Translations under genes and position numbers: made by a program
Shown here: one piece after another, positions 60,201 through 64,000 of the stretch
Position numbering within the stretch: the stretch's first letter is position 1
How the letters are laid out: every line of letters starts with the position of its first letter
The notes under the pieces: model-generated
What the model saw: the letters and a program-made list of their open reading frames with translations, nothing else
The model's database searches: none
What the model was told of the DNA's origin: nothing
Assembly: GCA_963702845.1 (NCBI GenBank)
Contig: OY969763.1
Location: forward strand, 864,001 to 928,000
Length of the DNA stretch: 64,000 bases
Direction of reading: 5' to 3'
From: an uncultured Verrucomicrobiae bacterium
GTDB taxonomy: Bacteria; Verrucomicrobiota; Verrucomicrobiia; Limisphaerales; Palsa-1400

Positions 60201-63200
60201 AACACCGCGACAGTGAACATTACCGTCAACGCGATCAACGACCCGCCGGTCGCCGTGGATGACAGCTACAGCGTCAACGAAGATACAACTTTGACGATCG
60301 TTACACCCGGTGTGCTCGGCAATGACACGGACGTGGACAGCACCAACCTCACTGCAACAGTCGTTGTCGGTCCAGCGCACGGTTCGTTGTCTCTTAATCC
60401 GGATGGCAGCTTCACTTATATTCCAAACACAAACTATAACGGCGCTGACAGTTTCACCTATCAAGCCATCGACAGCCAAACCAACAGTTCAACGGCTACG
60501 GTGAATATCACGGTCAATCCAGTGAACGACGCGCCTGTTGCCGCAGATGACACCTACAGTATCAACGAAGACACAACTCTTGCAATTGCGGCTCCTGGTG
60601 TTCTTGGTAATGACACCGATGTAGAGAACAATCCGCTCACCGCGATCGTAGTAGCTGGCCCGAGCCATGGCTCCTTGACCCTTAATCCAGACGGCAGCTT
60701 CAGCTACACACCGGCCACCAATTACAACGGCCCAGACAGCTTCACCTACAAGCCGAACGACGGAACCGCCGACGGCAACACCGCGACCGTCAACATTACT
60801 GTCACTCCAGTAAACGACGCCCCAGTCGCCGTTGACGACATCTACAGTATAAACGAAGACACCACGTTGACCGTTCCAGCACCTGGCGTGCTTGGTAACG
60901 ACAGCGATGTGGATGGCGACACAATAACACCTTCAGTGGTGTCCGGACCGTCGCATGGTTCGTTGACATTAAATCCCGATGGCAGCTTCAGCTACACGCC
61001 GTCTGCCAACTACAACGGTCCCGACAGCTTCACTTACAAAGTGAACGACGGTACCGTGAACGGTAATACTGCCAATGTAAGCATCACGGTAAACGCAGTG
61101 AACGACGCCCCTGTGGCAGTCAATGATAGCTACAACGTCCTTGAAGACGACGTTCTGAACGTGGGTGCTCCGGGCGTCCTTGGCAACGATACCGATATAG
61201 ACAGCGCGATTCTGACCGCGTCACTCGTAACCGGCCCAGCGCATGGATCGCTGACATTTAATCCTAACGGAAGTTTCACTTACACGCCGACACCGCTCTA
61301 CAACGGCCCCGATAGTTTCACCTATCAGGCCAGCGACGGTTCGCTCAACAGTTCAACAGCCACCGTCAATATCACTGTCAAACCCATCAACCATGATCCC
61401 ATCGCGAACAACGACAGCTACAGTGTCAACGAAGACACGACGTTGAACGTGCCAGCGAACGGAGTTCTCTCCAACGACACCGATGCAGATAGCGACACAC
61501 TGACGTCCGCGCTCGTTTCCGGTCCATCGCACGGAACTCTGACACTTAACGTCGATGGCAGCTTCAGCTACACGCCGTCCACGAACTACAACGGTTCCGA
61601 CAGTTTTACTTATGTGGCGAATGACGGAATTGCCAACAGCCCGAGCGCAACCGTAATCATCACAATCAACCCTGTAAACGATGCTCCTGTTGCAAATAAC
61701 GACAGCTATAGCATCAGTGAAGACACCACCTTGACCATCATTGCGGCTTCGGGTGTTCTGTTCAATGACACGGATGTCGATGGCAACGCATTGACTGCGA
61801 TCCTTGTCTCAAATCCGTCACATGGTTCGCTGACTTTGAACGCGGACGGCAGCTTCAGCTATACGCCTGCTGCTAATTACAATGGCCCAGACAGCTTCAC
61901 ATATAAACCGAATGACGGTGCCGCAGACGGAAACGTCGCGACGGTAAGCATCAGCGTGACTGCGGTGAACGATGCGCCTGTTGCTGTGAATGACAGCTAC
62001 AGCGTCAATGAAGACACAACGCTGACCGTGCCCGCTCCTGGTGTGCTTGGCAACGATAGCGATATTGATGGTAATGCGATTACCGCCGTTCTGGTTGCAG
62101 GAACAACGAATGGCACGCTCAACCTAAATAGCGATGGCAGCTTCACCTACACGCCGACAAACAATTACAACGGTGGTGACAGTTTCACTTACAAGGCAAA
62201 CGACGGAGTCGTCGATGGCAATGTGGCGACCGTGAGCATCACTGTTAACGCTGTGAACGATGCGCCGGTTGCAGGGAATGACAGCTACAGCATCAACGAA
62301 GACACGACCCTGACCGTTACTGCTCCTGGCGTGCTTGGCAACGACACTGATATTGATAGCACCAACCTGACCGCAACGTTAATTACCGGCCCGTCACACG
62401 GAACATTGACCTTAAATACAAACGGAAGCTTCACCTATACGCCGGCTGCAAACTATAACGGCGCTGACAGCTTTGTCTACCAGGCGAATGACGATCAGAC
62501 CAACAGTTCGACGGCTACGGTGAGCATCACCATCAATGCAGTGAATGACGCCCCTGTGGCAGTCAATGACGGCTACAGCGTGAACGAAGACACGACGCTT
62601 ACCATTACAGCCGCGACGGGAGTTCTATCGAATGATTCGGACATTGAGAACAACCCGCTTAGCGCGATTTTGGTAACTGGCCCGTCTCATGGTTCGCTGA
62701 CATTGAATGCCGATGGTAGTTTCAGCTACACACCAACCGCTAACTACAATGGTCCTGACAGCTTTACTTACAAACCAAACGACGGAGCCGCAGATGGCAA
62801 CACTGCAACTGTGAGCATCACGATCAACCCGGTGAACGACGCGCCGGTCGCTGCTAACGATTCCTACAGCGTGAACGAAGACACAACGTTGACAGTCACA
62901 GCACCTGGTGTGCTCGGTAACGACACAGACGTTGAAAACAATTCTCTGTCGGCAATTTTAGTTGCCGGACCGACTCATGGTTCTCTGACGTTGAATGCGA
63001 ACGGCAGCTTCAGCTACACGCCCGCTGCTAATTACAACGGCCCGGACAGCTTCACATATAAACCGAATGACGGTACCGCCGACGGAAATACCGCAACGGT
63101 GAACATTAATGTGACGCCGGTGAATGACGCGCCAGTCGCCCAAAACGATTCTTATACAACTGCTGAAGACACTGCGTTGAATGTTGTTGCACCTGGTGTG

Positions 63201-63746
63201 TTGGCCAACGACAGCGATGTGGATAGCATCATTTTGACAGCGAACGTCGTGAGCGGTCCGTCACACGGAACATTGACGTCGAACCCGAATGGCAGTTTTA
63301 CATACACGCCGAACGCCAACTTCAATGGCTCTGACAGCTTCACTTACCAGGCCAACGACGGCTCACTGAACAGCGCGACCGCAACGGTGAGCATCACAGT
63401 CACGCCGGTTAACGATGCGCCAGTTGCTGCGAACGATTCATATACGACTGCGGAAGACACCACATTGACGGTTATCGCTGCGTCCGGTGTTCTGATCAAT
63501 GACACGGATGTCGAGGGCGACACTTTGACTGCGATCCTTGTTTCCAACCCATCACATGGGTCACTCACATTCAATGCGAATGGCAGCTTCACCTACACGC
63601 CTGCTGCTAATTATAATGGCCCGGACAGTTTCACATATAAACCGAATGACGGCACCGTCGATGGCAATACCGCAACGGTGAACATTAATGTGACTGCGGT
63701 GAATGACGCGCCGATCGCGCAAAACGATTCGTACCTCGGTCAATGA
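51267..63746 (+). CDS. Giant secreted adhesin-like protein: IgGFc-binding-like N-domain, 3 DUF11-like, 2 SdrD-B-like and tandem cadherin-like/Big_9 repeats; continues in another frame past 63735
   Basis: Signal peptide; K.....GDT..(Y/F).L.V.N.G DUF11-like motifs; G.VY.D....G...G.Y.F....G.Y SdrD-B-like motifs; repeats NDAPVA.NDSY...EDT.L....PGVL.ND.D...G.LTLN.DGSF.YTP..NYNG.DSFTY. Confidence 0.9.
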   Translation: MKNHSRGTLSRCLRLFAAAAFCSLTFVTARAVNLVQEFYLPMPEQQIYTALNTVQPGGTSTTQSSTYSIVVTGDGTVIVYDQWEDGYETDLRNPTQSSTQIWGDGNDANGIVPGFAHDPVGIPAGTVITLTNNVTIPRNPSVLLYDGRDRIGGSKALVVTHAGWPATQGPVFAGSVSVLSTIDYGTNYISPVGQDLTNKLFQYVGMFVMASENGTSVTIDPDGPGPNAPTTIVLNQGESYLVNGGIKTGASVTATKPIQADLVIGHISASYAADWFTLTPVEQWSASYYTPVGSAVNGSQPTYVYLYNPNSTNITVNCTSLNGAANVIIASNGVVQFQMPQKSGASFTSSGVAPFYALSTVAANDNNDTAFNWGFSLLPKEGLTTEADVGWAPGSSTGAVDGSPVWVTALVATKIYVDYKGDHLGALTDPKGNKYDADFTVAPLQSLKIYDPSKSQTAMRVYTLDGTLITAAWGEDPDVAAPGNPYIDAGTVVLPFPTPILKKSSRLIVDTGAPGVSVGDTLEYTLKVDNRGLLPLGNVVLIDLPPTNLSYISNSTTVNGAAIPDSASGTAFPLDAPGYSIPVILRSGTSIVKYQVTVVAGGLITNVANIADTSVSAQNSISTFTNSSTVVFTDSGGVAVGSYSAGSNIFVKLTDTGGNVNPNGIDTLTVIVTDTTHGDYETLTLTETAINSGVFFNSTGIPTSTSTGASALDGALNISPNDSLVVSFTDPIYLNSVSNTAFISGIPANKVLYLSVNGSTNGTQALNRVDPVANNHTPTRTSADIGTGGIASLVFDATNAVVSGGAFNKITNSLTVGNGNARLMIVSISALNGVFATNVTTTGGSTVTLKPAGAVTNASGGSPYISFWYATNPPTGANNVVVQFNGNVSSGSAVVGVATFANVNLANPLGTFVGSTSKGNSPTITIAGIATNGWVFESGFNDAGSPHTMTNNNPVGLWADSSSSQCYGSAYNLNSGHVTSITDAWTTQASPQVALAGIPINPSTNALGGPGSTATSFTQVPTFASTFIVQSNKTITITNYVTLTNGALAANPAVTATLSYGGTAFLTLSSAAYSSVDGSLVFSGILPGDVTIPAGAAITYTISNNVPGTAFHVNYDSTTNPSKIILPAGNIIHVNSVGVYDAPYPGGNLVSAPTAGSTVYVRANVSDPFGNYDITKVNFAITAPSGGANLNANVVTPVATNATSATFEFAWHTGSPVGSYNIAAIASEGTEGITDVAATTVSVMFQDLGTPSTSELTSGINGTSTNTFNANASVCMRVTDPDKNFDSTTAETITATITSSSGDSELVTMLETGTNTGVFTACISTSTTSGGATNDNTLLAPVGSQVTLSYTDAADPTDHSSATATILPPPGVSGIAVNKTLVSPASAKALVGDTIQFKLQVINTGSTTLPNVALIDTFVSANLTFQSASVAPDITTSSSLQWTNLGTLTPGQSTNINVFFTAKAAANATNFAGTSSGATTNSGSASVTITQPALTITKTLLSPTNTPVSIGSNVVFRIIAKNTGTTTIPTLPMEDTFSAAYLQFVSAQIPPDGSGAGSLLWTNLANPTPLLVNASITNDITMLVVGAGNPALNTATVDFGVDGNGKPVPPTTSTVTNLITAAASINGHVYNDVDQSGSLTTNDTALGNVTLQLYSDPNGDGDPADGTLQQITTTDGNGFYEFLNLPLGHYAVVETDLPGFSSSAPANNRIALNLTNFTASSSNNFFDYQPNPVSYGTVNGAVYYDHNGNGTNDVGEVGLFNVNIDLVQDVNSNGVVDLGEPIVASTTTGTNGNYTFAGVTPGRYVVHQTDQFGYYTSGDSQPPNDNQIAINATAGLMTTNNSFYDRLSPTGTDDTASGPRNSGIVISPLGNDISPNGDTLTVCGASSTNGTVVINSGAISLTFTPTNLGTVTVLYTLCDGHGGTSTATITVTATNSAPTAVNDSYSVNQDATLNVPALGVLSNDTDPNSDTLTAILVSTTIHGSLTLNSDGSFTYIPNAGYVGSDNFTYRASDGATNSGVALVTIAVNHVNHAPVANNDSYSLNEDTILTNAAPGVLTNDTDSDGDPLSVVLVNATTNGNLVLSADGSFTYTPNTNYNGTDSFTYKVSDGALFSGNATVTLTITAVNDAPSAIDDSYNVNEDTALNIGAPGVLANDTDTENNSLTAILVTGPTHGSFTLNPDGSFNYTPAANYNGPDSFTYKANDGTADGNTATVNITVNPVNDPPVGNDDNYNVNEDSSLNLSAPGVLGNDTDVDGNTLNAVLVAGPAHGTLTLNPDGGFNYTPDANYNGSDAFTYKPNDGTADGNIATVNLTINPVNDAPVAVGDTFSVNEDAPLVVSAPGVLGNDTDIDGDPLTAVLVSGPAHGLLTLNPDGSFSYTPAANYNGSDSFTYKPNDGALDGNIATVNITVNPVNDAPVAFNDSYNINEDTTLNISAPGVLGNDTDIDGDTIVAVLVSGPAHGALTLNPNGSFSYTPAANYNGSDSFTYKPNDGTTDGNIATVNITVNPVNDAPVATDDSYTTAEDTVLNVVVPGVLSNDTDVDNDSLTAVLVSGPTHGTLTLNPDGSFNYTPATNYNGADSFTYKPNDGTTDGNTATVNITVSAINDPPVAVNDNYNVSEDGSLTISAPGVLSNDTDVDSTNLTATLVSGPSHGTLNLNLDGSFTYTPTPLYSGSDSFVYQANDDQTNSSTATVTINVGAINHPPSANDDSYSVNEDTTLNISAAGVLGNDADLDGDTMTAILVAGPSHGTLTLNLNGSFSYTPDANYNGADSFTYKPNDGTADGNTATVNITIIPVNDAPVAVDDIYSINEDTTLTVPAPGVLGNDSDVDGDTITPSVVSGPSHGSLTLNADGSFSYTPALNYNGPDSFTYKVNDGTVDGNIANVSITVNAVNDAPVAVNDSYSVNEDTTLNISAPGVLANDTDVDGDILSAIIVSNPTNGALTLNANGSFNYIPATNYNGPDSFTYKVNDGTIDGNTATVNITVNAINDPPVAVDDSYSVNEDTTLTIVTPGVLGNDTDVDSTNLTATVVVGPAHGSLSLNPDGSFTYIPNTNYNGADSFTYQAIDSQTNSSTATVNITVNPVNDAPVAADDTYSINEDTTLAIAAPGVLGNDTDVENNPLTAIVVAGPSHGSLTLNPDGSFSYTPATNYNGPDSFTYKPNDGTADGNTATVNITVTPVNDAPVAVDDIYSINEDTTLTVPAPGVLGNDSDVDGDTITPSVVSGPSHGSLTLNPDGSFSYTPSANYNGPDSFTYKVNDGTVNGNTANVSITVNAVNDAPVAVNDSYNVLEDDVLNVGAPGVLGNDTDIDSAILTASLVTGPAHGSLTFNPNGSFTYTPTPLYNGPDSFTYQASDGSLNSSTATVNITVKPINHDPIANNDSYSVNEDTTLNVPANGVLSNDTDADSDTLTSALVSGPSHGTLTLNVDGSFSYTPSTNYNGSDSFTYVANDGIANSPSATVIITINPVNDAPVANNDSYSISEDTTLTIIAASGVLFNDTDVDGNALTAILVSNPSHGSLTLNADGSFSYTPAANYNGPDSFTYKPNDGAADGNVATVSISVTAVNDAPVAVNDSYSVNEDTTLTVPAPGVLGNDSDIDGNAITAVLVAGTTNGTLNLNSDGSFTYTPTNNYNGGDSFTYKANDGVVDGNVATVSITVNAVNDAPVAGNDSYSINEDTTLTVTAPGVLGNDTDIDSTNLTATLITGPSHGTLTLNTNGSFTYTPAANYNGADSFVYQANDDQTNSSTATVSITINAVNDAPVAVNDGYSVNEDTTLTITAATGVLSNDSDIENNPLSAILVTGPSHGSLTLNADGSFSYTPTANYNGPDSFTYKPNDGAADGNTATVSITINPVNDAPVAANDSYSVNEDTTLTVTAPGVLGNDTDVENNSLSAILVAGPTHGSLTLNANGSFSYTPAANYNGPDSFTYKPNDGTADGNTATVNINVTPVNDAPVAQNDSYTTAEDTALNVVAPGVLANDSDVDSIILTANVVSGPSHGTLTSNPNGSFTYTPNANFNGSDSFTYQANDGSLNSATATVSITVTPVNDAPVAANDSYTTAEDTTLTVIAASGVLINDTDVEGDTLTAILVSNPSHGSLTFNANGSFTYTPAANYNGPDSFTYKPNDGTVDGNTATVNINVTAVNDAPIAQNDSYLGQ

Positions 63747-64000
63747 AGATACGACCCTGGCCATGATTGCCCCCGGCGTCCTCGGTAATGATACCGATGT
63801 TGATAGCGTGGGTTTGACTGCCACTTTAGTCGTCGGTCCGACGAACGGAACTTTGACGCTCAACCCGGACGGCAGCTTTACTTACGTTCCGTTCGCAAAC
63901 TATAATGGATCTGACACCTTCACCTATCGGGCGAGCGACGGCCAAACCAATAGTTCGACTGCAACTGTAAATATCACGGTTAACCCGGTGAACGACGCGC
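57069..64000 (+). repeat. Intragenic tandem array of 24 complete 288-291 bp units plus the start of a 25th
   Basis: Counted from N(D/H/S)xP starts at ~57069, 57357, 57645 ... 63411, 63702 and 63991. Confidence 0.9.
63736..64000 (+). other. Frameshifted continuation of the giant adhesin (runs off the window)
   Basis: Reading from 63736 gives [88 protein letters not shown] with no stop. Confidence 0.9.

Noticed and set aside
57390..60479. Long minus-strand ORFs within the repeat stalk
   Set aside because: Antisense frames left open by the codon bias of the Asn/Asp/Thr-rich repeats.

Overview
A gene-dense bacterial window. Gene content and protein style suggest Verrucomicrobiota (Pedosphaera-like), which is an inference. 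From left to right: (1) a PAS histidine kinase; (2) a minus-strand unit of beta-barrel, membrane protein, DUF3604, PPIase and HupE/UreJ genes, divergent from an arylsulfatase-DUF2490-DUF2252 unit; (3) a surface-glycan cluster with two SDR epimerase/dehydratases, a ThDP enzyme, two FkbM methyltransferases, a HAD hydrolase, a NeuB-like synthase and a GT2. This cluster is interrupted by a ~1.4 kb segment carrying a small HTH gene flanked by helically phased 10-11 bp repeat arrays, and has several REP-like hairpins in its spacers; (4) two paralogous large secreted Ig/lectin proteins that end in a near-identical cohesin-dockerin-cohesin block, plus a secreted EEP-LamG protein; (5) a halogenase-like/acyltransferase/FabZ operon, an exported protein, an orphan minus-strand terminator and a beta-CASP nuclease; (6) an HtrA-GldA/F/G-like-DUF4340-AsmA operon; (7) a giant adhesin with a candidate sigma-54 promoter, at least 24 tandem 96-aa repeats and a +1 frameshift near the window end. 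No rRNA, tRNA, CRISPR array or recognisable transposase was seen. All family calls come from motif recognition, not database searches.
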